DNA from: Felis catus
Lineage: Eukaryota
NCBI RefSeq assembly: GCF_018350175.1
Contig: NC_058368.1
Coordinates: 52,950,001-53,014,000, forward strand
Direction: 5' to 3'
Length of the DNA: 64,000 bases
The translations under genes were made by a program, and so were the position numbers. Positions 25,271-38,346 of the stretch are shown piece by piece. How positions within the stretch are numbered: the stretch's first letter is position 1; each line of letters starts with the position of its first letter. The notes under the pieces are model-generated. The model was not told where the DNA came from. It worked only from the letters and a program-made list of their open reading frames with translations, and made no database searches.

Positions 25271-26696
25271 TGTTTAGGAGGCTGGCCAGCATTCTGAAGG
25301 AAGGCTTCCCTGCCCTGGCCCTTTTCAGGAATGCGCTGGTTCGAAAAACACACATAGACATGCACACGAGGTTTGCTTCTGATGCTTTTTGCTTCTCCCC
25401 TTTAAATATTTCAGTGACCTAGCAAAGTATTCATTCATAATGAACCCCCTCAAGGAAGCACAGAAAAGCTCAGAACATATCGGGTTAACTATTTTTCCTC
25501 AGGCTTTTGATTTATGGAATGTATCTCCACTCGTCATTTTCAAATGAGAGCGGCTATGGCTTTGCACTGAGCCTTGAGCATTAACTCCTTATTAAAAAGG
25601 ACTTGCAGGTACCCCTGGGCTCAAGGAGGGCCTCGGGCCCGGGTAATTAAAACATAGCCTTGAACAACATGGCCGTATACTATGTGTCCCCGTGATGAGA
25701 GATTATCAATTTCTTTTAATTAAGAGAAAGGTGCCCACTTCTAAAATAAGAAATTGCCTCAGACCCCACGTTTTATCAAGAGGATGACTGTCAAAGGGGT
25801 TAATTTTCCGCTGGAAAACTCCTATTCATTCTTCAATGCCCTTTTCTGTTTGCGAAGAAATAGGTCTCATTTGTGAAGTCTCGCCGGGACAGAGTTTGTC
25901 ACTTTCAGTTTTACTCCTATTAAATCCCTCTCATAAATGTCTTTGCAATTTTCACCAACTGTGTAGACATATTCTCCCTCTGCCTCCAAATACTCTCTTT
26001 CTCATTTGTTTTGAAAGAGGCAACACTTCCAGTCCTTCTTGCGTCTCTCATCTTTGAAACATGAAAACAGAGCAAGTGCTTCACAAAGAACAGTCTAAGG
26101 GTGATGATTACTGGGGCCATGAAAGGGAGCGGCGGGGCTGGGAGGAAAAGGAGAAAGCATCACCCGATAAAACCTTGCAGCTGTTTCTAGCATCGACAAA
26201 TTGTCGTGGGGAAGTGGGTGAAAAGCGACAATCATTCATTTCTTTAATAAAAAGCCGAAAATAAAGATTTTTTTTGTAATGTTGAAACTACTTATCCCGA
26301 AATGTGGGCTCAAGGTTATGTTGGCAATGCCGTGCCAACCACAGACAGCACGCGTATGAGCACAGTCTGGCTCACAGGTTGCAGCCTAAAGGCACTAACT
26401 CACTGTTCTGGCTTCACCCTTGCTCAGCCCCTTGATTGCTAGCGCCACGTGTGGGCACCACGGAGCAGAGAGGACGAAGGTGCCTGGGAAAGACAGTGTG
26501 CCCTGCCACCCCAAGCCCACCCAGCCATTGTCGGGCTTGGGATCTGTCCGATCTTGCCTACCTCCCCGGCCCGTTTCTTTGCATGGAAATGTCTTCCCAA
26601 TCTAAAATCCCGCTTGTGAGACAAGGTCCAAATGTCCCCGACAGCTCTTTGTCCTCTGCGTTCTTTTAGGACCTTTGTTAAGATTCACTGACATCA

Positions 26697-26905
26697 GGGG
26701 CACCTGGGTGGCTCAGTAGGTTAAGCGTCCAACTCGATTTCGGCTCTGGTCATGATCTTGGGGTTTGTGGGTTTGAGCCCTTGCATTGGGCTCTGAGTTG
26801 ACGGTGTGGAGCCTGCTTGGGATTCTCTCCCTCTCTCTCTCTGCCCCTCCCCCACTTGCGCTTGCTCGCTCTTTCTCTCTCAAAAGAAATAAACTTAAAA
26901 ACAAA
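26697..26905 (+). mobile_element. CAN-SINE
   Basis: GGGGCACCTGGGTGGCTCAGTAGGTTAAGCG, (CT)n, A-rich tail. Confidence 0.94.
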
Positions 26906-26914
26906 GAGATTCAA

Positions 26915-27075
26915 CATCCTCAAATACCGGCATGCATCCAAATCACCCGGAGGGCGTGTTAAACCAGACTTCTGGGCTCCATCCCTAGAGTTTCTGATTC
27001 AGTTGGTCTGCGGTGGGGCCCACAAATCTACATTCTAACCAGTTGCCAGGTGCTGCTGGTCTGGGGACCGCAGGC
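26915..27075. mobile_element. MER5A-type hAT-Charlie relic
   Basis: AATCACCCGGAGGGC..CTGGGCTCCATCCCTAGAGTTTCTGATTCAG..CATTCTAAC..GGTCTGGGGACC. Confidence 0.75.
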
Positions 27076-27929
27076 TCATATTTGGCGCTGTGCATAGCTT
27101 ATCTGTGGATCTCCAGAACAGGCACGGTCAATAACCCTTTTATTAATGATAGTAATAACAGTCACTTTGACTTCCTTACCAAGCTGATCTAATGAACATC
27201 TGCCTGATGTCAGTGGGAAGAAGTGGGTTATCCACACACCCCCTCACATAAAACTTTCATAAACTTGTAGAACTAAAGAGCTTGAAGTGTCCTTCAAGAT
27301 TGTCTAGTTCAATCCGAACATTTTATAAATGAAGACGCTGAGGCTGTCTGTCTTAGCTCGGCTTTTTCCTTTCCAGTTACACTCTAATTTCCGAGGTCTG
27401 CCTTCTTATACCAGCTAAAGCTCGATTTTTCCCTCTAAAACACAGAAAAGCCGTGATAAGTTTGGGAGGTTTCCTGTTGGGATATGTGGAGTGGTTCAAA
27501 ATGATGAACGTTACACAGAGCAAAATATGTTGTGACATTTGTTGCATCAGCTATATATTTACATTTTTTCCCTTGTCACTAATTTCACATGCCTAGGAAC
27601 CATTCCAAATCTGGACCACAGAAAGTGAAAAATATACCTAATTACTTCTGCTTAAGCTATTTACATTTGTCTTTCAACAGTGCAGCATTCTCCTTGCAAA
27701 AATGAGGATGACACAAAAGATACTTGCAAACCCTATTAGCGGGTCCCGTTGACCTCCAACTCTAAAATAAACTAGATGGCATATTTTAATATAGGTCTCT
27801 TATTAAAAATTTTCAAATGCGACAACAACCATTAACATGTCCATGGGTCAGTCTGTCTCCCCCAAATGGTCTTGTGATATCGATCCCCATCCCCACCCTG
27901 ACTCTCACCATTAACTTTCATGCTGCTAA

Positions 27930-28700
27930 TTCAACAGCTCTGACAGCTATTTATCTAGTGTCTATGGTACGCTGGGCCCTGTTTTAGCTATTACAGATCT
28001 AGTAGCCAAACAAGATAGGTTTAAGGTCTTGCCTTTGAGAAGCTCTGGTCTGGTGTGGGCTGGTGTAGTGTGATAAGCACTCTGAAAAAAACAAGCAGAG
28101 ATAGTAATAAAGGGGGCAGGCCATTTTACATAGAGGGTCAAAGAGATGACATTTGAGCCTGGCCTGACCTGACCTGTATGAGGTGGAGAAGGCAGGTGGA
28201 AACCTTGGCTGAGGGACAAAGAGCAGGTACGATAACCCTGAGGTGGGAATTAACCTGTCATTTTCAAGGAATGGCAAGGAAGCCAGTGTGGATGGAGAAG
28301 AGGGAGGGAGGAGGAGGAAGAAGGCACCTCTGTGGAAGGGCCAGGCAGGATCAAGTCACTGGGTGAAATGAGGTAGGCCAGAGTCCTCACGGAAATGGCA
28401 AGCCTTTGAAGGGTTCTAGCAGGAAAGTCATGTAAACTAACTTGTTTTATGAAGTTCCCTCTGGTGGCTGTGTGGAGGGAGCATCGACTAGACGAGATAC
28501 CAGTCATGGGAAAGAGTATCAGGAGGGAGGTTAGCCAGGAGGCTGCTGTGGTAATCCTGGAGGGAGAAGACGGTGGCATGAACTAAGTGCCAGAGTGGGA
28601 GACATGACTGACAGTGACCGGTGGGTGATGCATTTTGAAGGCATTTCAGCTGGAGAGAAAGGTCAGAGCACTGGGTTGATCTACAGTGGAGAGAAGCTGG
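27930..28700 (-). mobile_element. L2 fragments
   Basis: AAGCCAGTGTGGATGGAG..GGGCCAGGCAGGATCA..GGAGGCTGCTGTGGTAATCC pattern; approximate. Confidence 0.5.
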
Positions 28701-29822
28701 TTTCAGGACAGGTGTAGAGAAGGAAACGGGGTAAGAGCTTTGTGGGTGCCAGGGAAGAGAGGATGAAATGAAAGGCCAGCGTTTCAAGTTGGGAGCAAAC
28801 CACGAGCTGCCAGATGGGCCGATGGACTGAGAACAATGCAGGGATCAACTGTGGGATTAACGTAAGTGATGAAGATGAATGGCAAATATAATAAGAGTGA
28901 AGGATAACAGACGATAGCCAGAGAGTAGACTAGTACGGTTTGATTTTAGAGGTGTGACAGTTCAGAGTAGCTGGTTCTGTCTTTATTTGTAAATGTCCAC
29001 CCCCCACTCCATACAGTAGTTAATGTAGAAAGAAAGGCCACCTAGATCCCCGTTGGTGTAAAGTTTGTGCCTCCTGACCTGTGCTTCACTTCTCACTCCC
29101 CAGTTTTAAACTCCTGACCTGAGGTTATCAGTCTTTTGGCTCATCACCCATTTATGCCTCCATCCAAGCACCTTCAGTTTGGTGGCTGGTGAGTTTCTTT
29201 CTAGTCTGGGAGCCTAAGCCTCCCTGTTAACTGCTGTGCTCTTTCCTCTGTGGTGCTGTGATGTCTCTCTGGCTTGACCGGATCCCCAGTACCCCTCGTT
29301 CCCAGGTTATCTCCCACAGGCCTACCTCTGATGGGACTCCTACGCAGATAACCACAGGGTACAGTGTGTGACTGTGGTCGTGGACTGTAGATGCGGATTG
29401 CAGGGCAAAGCCACTAGAGAACAGGAAGGTAAGAACCTGTGGAGCTAGGAGCATGGATGAATGTGATTTTCGGGTTAGCACCACTACTATAGTGGGCCTT
29501 CCTCACTTCCTCTCAACCCTCCAACCTTTCCCTGGGAAGTTTCTTTTTCTTCGAAAGGTGATTATCAAACATGTCTCTTCTTCAATCTTCAAGAACTCCT
29601 GCTTCTTCTGATTCTCAGCTGATAACTTCACATATTATGTAATGGGAGGAAATAGAAAATCAGAGACAACTACCTCATCTTGTCAACGGCAAATCTATCA
29701 ATGGACCTTAATCTTTGGGCACTTCCTCTCTCCTCCATCCTCTAACGATGTTGCTAAATGTGCATCCACCACCACTCATACTGCTCTTATCCTCACCTTC
29801 CTTCACAATCAAACTAGATAGT

Positions 29823-29911
29823 CCACACTCATCCCCCTTTCTCCACCCCCACTCACCCCTTTTCCATCCCCACTCACCCCTTCTCCACCCCTCATTCACC
29901 CCTCACTCCAC
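29823..29911. repeat. ~21-bp C-rich minisatellite, ~4 copies
   Basis: Unit CCCCACTCACCCCTTYTCCAY; two near-identical and two diverged copies. Confidence 0.8.
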
Positions 29912-30029
29912 TGCAGTCCTGCTTCTGACCCCACAGGACTTTGAATGTTTGTAAACCTCCAATATAGAGCCAACTTTTAGGCTCTTAATTTTATGCAGGG
30001 TTTCTCTTAGTGTTTAATTCACTCCTTGG

Positions 30030-31330
30030 GACTTCTGGTGTAGCTGAGAGGGAGTAAGCCTACTATAGTCTATCTTTCCTACTAACTATGACTAAAGTCT
30101 CCATTCCAAATGCAAAATGCAAGTGTGTAAGGACTCTGAAAAAGAAACAAAAGTAGACAGACCAGGGAGAGGAGTCAAAACAAACAAAAAGGATCCATAT
30201 GGACAGTGAGTGTGTCTTTTGTTATTTCCTCTTTCCCTTCATGGACTTGAACCAAAGACAGTCCTCCAGTGGGCCTGACACAGCAGCACCATGGATATGT
30301 CACATTCTGAGATAAATTTTGTCTTTCTGGCCCAAACACTGAGATATAGCCTTTTGTGAGCCAAACAATATGGGGGGATTTTTTTTTTCTCTGACGGTTT
30401 CACGAGGCTGGGCTCTGGTGGAGCCCGTGTGTGGGCCGCACAATATGTGTGAACTCTGATAGAAACCGTGTCCTCTGGGTTGAGGAATTGGGCAAAGGGG
30501 CCCCTGCAGTCGGGAGAGTACTGAGGGGAACTCTGTTTTCTTTATCTTTTTCTCCCCAATTTGTCTGGGGTAGCTACAGTCATGGGAATTATGCAGTGAT
30601 AGTGCGGGCAGCTAAAACTCCAAGATAAACTCCATCTTTGTGGCCAGAGAACCAGAGTAAGGGGTACCTTCCAAATGGAGAGTATGAGAGAAACTCTGAG
30701 GATGAGAGATTTGGAGAAGGGTTTCTCCTAATTCTGTGAATGAATAACTTTCAGGTTTGCTCTTGGGCTGTGCTTAGGAGAGACCCAAAGGAGCAGAGCA
30801 AAAGCTCTGAGAACTGAGCTTTGATGGAAACCATCACCCAGGTCTCAGACTACCTGTGCGGCACATGCTCACAGCAGACCCAAAGTAGCATATCAACAGC
30901 TTTGACAACCTAGGTGGTATTGGAACCATCACTCCCAGAAGGTGAGACAGAAATTGCAACCTGAAAGCAACTGGCTTGAAGGCTTCTCAAACAAACAGAT
31001 AATAAACATTCCTCAAAAAATCTTAAAGGATTTTAACAGGATCTAGAATCTAAACACCATCTTAAAAGTGTCCATGATATAAAAAAAATATTCAATTTAC
31101 AGAGAACTAGGAAAGTGTGAGTAATTCCAAAGGGAATCAACAAGTGCCAACTGCGATGACCCAGATGTTAGAATGATCAGATAAAGATTTTCAAGCAGCT
31201 ATTATATGTATGTTCCAAAGGTCAAGACAAACACTCTTGAAATCAATGAAAAGATAGAGTTCTCAGAAGAGAAATAGAAATTGCAAATTAAAAATTTAGA
31301 AATGAGAATGATATCAGAAATAAATGTGTA
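30030..31330 (+). mobile_element. Old L1M 5' region / ORF1 fragment
   Basis: GATGACCCAGATGTTAGAA..CAGATAAAGATTTT.AAGCAGCTATTAT, then A-rich ORF1-like sequence. Confidence 0.55.
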
Positions 31331-31737
31331 TTACTTGTGAAAATCCTCTCCTTTTGCCTTCTACTATGTAACCCCTTTCACAGTTCCATCTAATCTGAGA
31401 AATCCCTCTCTGTATTCCTCACTGTCTTCTCTTCGTCCACCGTCTTTCACTTGCAAACTTGGCTTTCTTTTCTTTTAACTACATATTTTCATACATAAAG
31501 CTTGTGCACAACTTATCTACTCTTACTGTTTCTTCCTCTTCACCCATCATCCATTTTTTATACTCGTGTTTTCAGGCTTTTGCTTTCAACATTCCACAGA
31601 AATTGCTCCCATTTAGGTCATCAGTGAAACTCCTCATGGCTAAACATAATGGACAATTTTCAGTCCACTTCATCTACACTCTTGTCTGAATTTGGGCCAC
31701 AGTGCTCGGCAGAGTAGATGCTTAATATATTTGTTTC

Positions 31738-31772
31738 ATTGCTTCTCAACCTTTTGGCTAAGATCAAGTGTA
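31738..31772 (+). pseudogene. RNU2: U2 snRNA 3'-truncated (tailless) retropseudogene
   Basis: ATTGCTTCTCAACCTTTTGGCTAAGATCAAGTGTA matches U2 nt 1-35 (ATCGCTTCTCGGCCTTTTGGCTAAGATCAAGTGTA) at 32/35; flanked by TSD TAATATATT(T/G)GTT. Confidence 0.9.
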
Positions 31773-32654
31773 ATATATTGGTTGTTTGAATAAGTGAATG
31801 ACTGTTTCCTTAGCTCCCATATGAATAGACTTTGCTATTTTTTTAAATCTCTTTGGCCATTTTTCTAAGTTTCCTATATGTGTTCCTCCTCCTTTTCCCA
31901 CCCGTTGGTTGCTGGGATTCACCAGAGTTTTACCCTCAGCCTCTGATCTTTCCTCTTGACGCATGCTTCTGGAGATCACCTACTCTCTTAATTAACACAC
32001 CAATTATTTATCTGTAGCTCTAAACTTCTCCCAGGCTCCAACTGATTGTGTTCACTTCTAAGTCTCACAAATACAACACGACCCTCCCCCCAAAATCAGA
32101 TTTTTCTCCAGGCTTCTAACATAGTTTGTAGTGCTATCATCCTCCTGGAACCCGAGGAGGAGAGCTGAGAGAACATCCTCTCTCTCACCCTGACCCTGTC
32201 TAATCACAATATTTGCTAGTTTTACTTCCTTAGTGTTTCTTGAGTCCACTCACTCTGCTCTATACCCATTATTATTATTGCTTAATTCAGTCTTAATCCA
32301 TTTTTGACCTACAAAATTGCAATATACACTTAATGAATGCTTTGGCTCCATTCTTTCTCCCTACAGTTCCAAACAGCTGTTAGAAAGAGTCCTTAACAAC
32401 ATAAATATGATCATCTTTCCTTTTCCTAAAACCCATAAATAGGTGTTCTTCCAGTAGAGCAGTCCCCCATCTGGTGGCCTTTCCAGGTTCCTGTCTTACC
32501 TCTTTCTGACTCACACCTTAAGTCTACAATAGCCAAATGCTTATAGCTATCAAAATAACCTATTTTTATGATTTTATAAACATTTGTTTTCCTCTATCTG
32601 TTGTATGTAATAGCCTTCCCCCATCTCAAATTGCAAATAATAAATGTAACGATA

Positions 32655-32875
32655 ATAATGATGTTTATTGAGCACTTGCTGTATGTTTGGACTTGTACCT
32701 TGCTCTTACATGTACCATGATTGCATCTAATCCTCAGCACTACCTCGAATGGGTATTGCAAAATTATTATTATCATCATTTTGGAGATTAGAAAACCGAG
32801 GTATAGAGAGGTTTCAGTGACTTGCACAAGAAAATAATTGACCCAGGATCTAAATCCAGGAATTTTAACTACAGA
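32655..32875 (-). mobile_element. MIR
   Basis: TTTATTGAGCACTTGCT..ATCATTTTGGAGATTAGAAAACCGAGG..GTGACTTGC. Confidence 0.65.
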
Positions 32876-33754
32876 CAATTGTAACTACATGCTTACCTAT
32901 GCCCAAAGTGCTTCTGTCCAACTTCCTACACTCAGCTAAGACTCACCTACAAGAAGACTTTCTTGAATAAGAAACACCATCAATGTTCTAACCTTTGTTA
33001 GAAGCCTGCTAGTCTCTCAGAGCACTCTACACAACTCTTATAATAGGGACCATCTTCCAGAGCTATCATTTGATGTGTCTTTTGCTCCTACTAGAATTAA
33101 CTCCTCAGTGGCATGGATTATGTTTTATCTTTGTATCCATATTGCAAAATACTCCACACAGTAGACCCTCTATAAGTAGTTGCTCAACTAAATGTGAATG
33201 GTTGTCAGTAGTCCAGCCCTCTATGTGTAGGTAGTGACTGGACCGCTCTGCTTCAATCTCCTCAGTACTCAAGAACAACTTGGATCAACTGAAATTCGTA
33301 CATTCTCTCTACTCTTGCCCAAGATTGTTCTGAATGCTGTGACCTTTTTCTTGATTAATGTACCAATATCTATCCAGATAACCAAATCAGAAACCTGAGA
33401 AGCATCCAAGATTTGTCTCTCTTTCATGCCCAATAACTAATCAGTCACAATTGCCTTTATTTATATCTTATGTATGTCTCTTAATCCTTCCCCTTGATCT
33501 CATTGTTCTGTGCTTCTCTCCATTCTGGAAATTACTACAAAATATTGTGGCTACTTATGTGCATATCATCATCTCTGTCCCTGCCACTGGTCTGAAAACT
33601 TATTGAGGAAAAGGATAATCTTTTCATTTTCATACCCCCCTAAGTTCTGCCTCCTCTTGAGTGGTAAGTTGGGGCATGGATCAAGAGCCTAGTAGGTATT
33701 AGCTTATACTTTGCAGTAACCTAAAAAGGAAATTTCTCTTACCAGGGATTATGC

Positions 33755-34089
33755 TTATGATAGCCATTAAAACTGTCCATAAATATTGCAGTTCTCCTTT
33801 TAGGTATACTGTAGGGTTGCATATCCCTGCCCATTTTGAAGTCAGATGAGCATGACTAGCTTTAGCCAATGAAATAGAGGTGACTGGATAATCTCTGGAC
33901 AGAAGTTTTAAGGGATAGCACATGATTCACTACATCCTCTTCCCTTCTCCACAGGGAGCAGGGAAGTACATAGGAATGCAAACATTGTCACATGAAATGT
34001 GAGTAAGACATAAATCTTTGCTATATTAAGCCATGGAGGCTTAAGGATTATTTGTTACTGCAACATAACTTAGCCTATCCTGACCAACA
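33755..34089 (+). mobile_element. MaLR LTR (old MLT1-type)
   Basis: CTTTAGCCAATGAAAT..TTAAGCCA..TTTGTTACTGCAACATAACTTAGCCTATCCTGAC. Confidence 0.75.
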
Positions 34090-34760
34090 TGGTATCCTTG
34101 GGTACAAGCATTTTTCTCTTCTGGAGGAGTGGTGTTCGGGGAAAATCGTGCTGCTGTCCCTTTCTTGTCTCATAGATGTTTTTATCCAGATGAATTCAGG
34201 TTAAAATTAGCATCAAGGGAAACCTTGAAATGGAACACAAGTCCCAACTTGGCAATATTCAACCTAAGAATTATGTGTAGAATGAAAAGGGTAATCGTAT
34301 TTGCTTTGAAGGATAATTATGAGCTAATTGTATGTAAGAATGGAGTAACCGCTTCTTTTCTTAAAAGTCTTCTTTTCTCTCTACTGGGTGTGCAGCACAC
34401 AGGCAGATCCAGTCAGGGATAATACGCCTCCCGGAGCACTGCTGTGACCAAAGAATTAATGCCACAAATACTTGATTGGGATTACTTAATTAGGACATTA
34501 TGTGAAAAGTTTGTCCCCAAAATAGCTCAACATGGGAAACAGGATAGCATTATAACCACACTTATTAAGCATTTAGAGTTTGCAGTGCAGCATTAGTTAT
34601 GAATAGTCTACATCCTAAGAGAAAACTCTGTAGGTATTAATATTTTCAATCACCAGTGCCTCCTTGCTAGACGCACATAGCCTAGTCTGAGAAACTATTC
34701 ATTTCTCATATTGTCCACCTTTCCTCTGCAGGGGACCAAATGTTCAGATAATCCTAGAGG

Positions 34761-34979
34761 TTTTTTTTTTTTTTTTTTTAAGTTTATTTATTTTGAGAGA
34801 GCAAGAGAACAAGAGCAGGGGAGGGGCAGAGAGAGAGAGAGTGAGAGAGAGAATCCCAAGCAGGCCCTGCACTGTCAGCACAGAGCCCGATGTGGGGCTC
34901 GAACCCTCCAACAGCGAGATCATGACCTGAGCCGAAATCAAGACTTGGTTCCTTAACTGACTGAGCCACCCAGGGGCCC
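34761..34979 (-). mobile_element. CAN-SINE
   Basis: poly-T, (GA)n body, tRNA-like head. Confidence 0.94.
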
Positions 34980-37477
34980 TGAAACAATCCCAGAATTTTA
35001 AGGCATTTCTTAAAGCCATTATGAACTCACTTCTCATTTTACTGAATTTCTTCTGATGTAGACATTCTGTTTCCCACAGCTTCTCATCCTTCCATCCTTT
35101 TTTAAACGCTCTTTCATTTTTATTTCAGTCCTCCAAACATTGCCCATTTCTGTTCTTTATTTGCTGTTTCCTTGGTCTTGCTTCCATTTTTTTCAGGATG
35201 GAGCTGGTTTTCACTCCTAAGAAAACGATCATGGATCAGAAAAGGCTTGACTTTGCGGTTCAGTCCAAATAAACTCTTGCCCTCGGAAAGCAAACCGAAC
35301 TCTACAGCGCTTCCTGTTTGGGAATCCCAGAACACACCCAAATCTAGTGCCACCTTCTTCATGAAGCCTTCCTTGATTTCCTTCAGGCAAAGCTACCTCT
35401 TGTATAGAGCAGCATTTCCCTCTGTTCTCTGTAACACCACATCGTTGTATTTGCACTTACCCTCTCTGTCTCCTGCACCACACACGAACCTCCCGAGAGG
35501 CAGACAACTTGTTTTATTCACCTTTACACCTCTGGTCCCTCACCAAGCCTGACACCTTATTTTTAGGATAGAGACCATTTGGTCACTCCCGACGCTATAG
35601 GATGGAAGTCTCAAGTTGTAGCTTTTGGGTTGGACGAGACCCACAAGCATGTTCTGTTTGGCTCACAAAGAGTTGCCCAGCACAAGTCTTAAATATTTTT
35701 AATTTATTGCCGATCTTAAGAATAAAGAAACGTATCATTTAAAAAATCTACATTTCTAGCTCAGTCTTTAAAAACAACAACAACAACAATTAGGAGATTG
35801 GGCAATGGCGAGCTCAGGTTCCAACGTAGGAGCAACCACTGTAGCTGAGGGGCTGTTACCCTCCTTGGAGGCACCTTCCAAGGGAGGACCTTGGAGGACC
35901 TCCCACCCTCCTTGGGACCACGGCTCTGGTCTCAGGTGACCACAGCTTGCCAAGAATGTCATAAGCAGCCCAGAAGCCATCAGAATAGCACCGGGATGAC
36001 AGGCTCCACAGGGACACTTTTTAGGTCAGTGGTTTCAGGACTGAGCACTCTCCTGATTGTCAAGCCAGAGATGAGGAATTAATGCTGACACAGGTGGGAA
36101 CCCCTGGCCCGGGAAGCCCTGGACTTGCTCCCTGTCACCCTCGGGGTGATACTGCTTTGGTAATGACCGCTTCAAACTAGAGCATGCTCTCTGTTCCGCT
36201 GCTCTGGAAAACCTACTCAGAGTTCAGCCTCCAGTTTTAAGATGTGAGGATTTACATCATGAGAAGGCAAAATGGTAACCCAGTCACTTTTTAATCCAGA
36301 TGCTTTCTGAAGCCTAGGGCCTCGGTGAATTTTGGGGTTTGACCCCGGGTCCTCACTCCTGTCAAAGCGTTCAGTGTCTATCTGTCTTTTTAAATTCCTT
36401 TTCTGGCTCTTCTCTCCTCCCTGCCACACTTCGTAACTAAATGCATTTCTGTTCTTCTCATGCTAGTGCTCTCAAGTAATGTCTCGATCAGCCTCATATT
36501 TTAATCTTGTCTTTTTTTTTTTTTTTTGTCTCTACCCATCTTTTATATCGTAAAGCGTGTGGAGTTACACAAAATAGAAAAAGTAGGACCACGAAAAATA
36601 AATACCTTTTTAGACTATGAAAGTAAGACACGACTTTTGGTAGACTTTCTAGAAAATAAAGCAAAGCATGTGAAAGACAAAAGGATCCAGTCTTCTCTCT
36701 TTTCAAAGCTGTGACAATGTGCTTCCTCATGGAAATGTGTTGCAAGTATAATCTGAAGTCCTGCTGTAGTCACTTAACTCTATCTTATAATATTTTCTCC
36801 AAAATTATCTGAAAACATTATTTTTAGTGGAAACGTAGTATTCCATCAAGAGATGTATAAAACTTACTCAGCCTTTCCCCTATACACATCAACATAGTAT
36901 CTGGTTTATTTTTCACTTTATAAAAAAATTTCACCCTATATTTAGCTAGTTTCTTGGAGGAGATTTCCCAAAGTGGAGTTTGTGGCTTAGAAATTAAGAA
37001 TGATAAAAAAAATCGTATGAAATAGATTGCTAAATTGCTTTTAGAAAGTCCATCCTTTCACAGTCTGGCTGGCTGTCTATCAGACACATGGCTATCTTGC
37101 CAGCATTATGAAATTTTAAAAAATTTAATAACCAGATAGTTGTAAAAGTGTTTTAATTTGTATTTGATTTTGCTGAGTATGAATATTTCCAAATACTTAT
37201 TGCCCACCGTATTAATTATTTTGTTTCTTAATTGTTAATGTTCATTGCCCACTTTTCTGTTGGCTCATTGAGAATTTTTCTGATCCCAACAACTTCTTAT
37301 ACATTTATGATAATAGTCGTGTGCTCTGTTATACTTACTGCAAATATTTCTCCCGATGTGCCAATGGCCTTTTTACTTTTTAGGACAATTTTGCATACGT
37401 AAGTAAATTTTTTAAACTTAGCATGTCCCATCAACTTTCCTTTTCTTTCCTTTTATACTTAAAAGTTCTTTACAAAA

Positions 37478-37618
37478 TAGTAATTACATGAGAGGACAGA
37501 GGTGTTATTGTGGTGATCGTTCCTCAATATCTATGGTTATCAAATAATCACCATGTACTCCTTAAACTTACATATGGTATATGTCAAGATCTCAATAATC
37601 CTTGGGAAAAAAAGGAAG
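37478..37618 (+). mobile_element. L1 3' end fragment
   Basis: TTATTGTGGTGATC..GTACTCCTTAAACTTAC..ATATGTCAA..CTCAATAA plus A-tail. Confidence 0.65.
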
Positions 37619-37624
37619 TAATTT

Positions 37625-37864
37625 TATTTTATTTTTTTTAACGTTATTTATTTTTGAGAGAGACAGAGCATGAGCGGGGGCGGGGGGAGGGGGCGGAAGA
37701 GAGTGAGGGAGACACAGAATCTGAAGCAGGCTCCAGGCTCTGAGCTGTCAGCACAGAGCCTGATCCAGGGCTTGAACCCACAGACCACGAGATCATGATG
37801 GACCGCAAGATCATGACCTGAGCCGAAGTCGGTCGTTCAACCACTGAACCACCCAGGCGCCCCC
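37625..37864 (-). mobile_element. CAN-SINE with short internal tandem duplication
   Basis: TSD AAG(G/A)AAGTAATTTT; duplicated GACC(A/G)C(G/A)AGATCATGA at 37783-37798 and 37801-37816. Confidence 0.94.
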
Positions 37865-38118
37865 CCAAGAAAGTAATTTTTAAAAAGCCCTTTACATTCC
37901 TGAGATCAATTAAATAGTCACATGTGTTTTCTAGCCTTTTGGTTTTAGGTTTTAAGTTTAATTTGACAAATCTGCTTCATACTTATTATGGGTCATGGTG
38001 CCCACTGGATAGTAACTAAAATGACCAGCTGCCAAAGGCCAGTGTGACAGCAAACACAATGCTTGGTGTAGAGTAAGTGACCAAAAAAGGCCACCAAGAT
38101 CCTTCCAAATAGTTATTC

Positions 38119-38346
38119 TTATTTATTTTTATTTTTTGAATGTTTATTTTTGAGAGAGAGAGAGAGACAGATCGTGAGCAGGGGAGGGGCAGAGAGAGAG
38201 GGAGACACAGAATTCGAAGCAGGTCCAGGCTCTGAGCTGTCGGCACAGACCCCGACGTGGGGCTCGAACTCGCACACCATGAGATCGTAACCTGAGCCAA
38301 AATTAAGAATCAGAGGCTTAACCAACTGAGCCACTCAGGCGTGCTC
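38119..38346 (-). mobile_element. CAN-SINE
   Basis: TSD CCAA(A/G)TAGTTATT. Confidence 0.94.
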
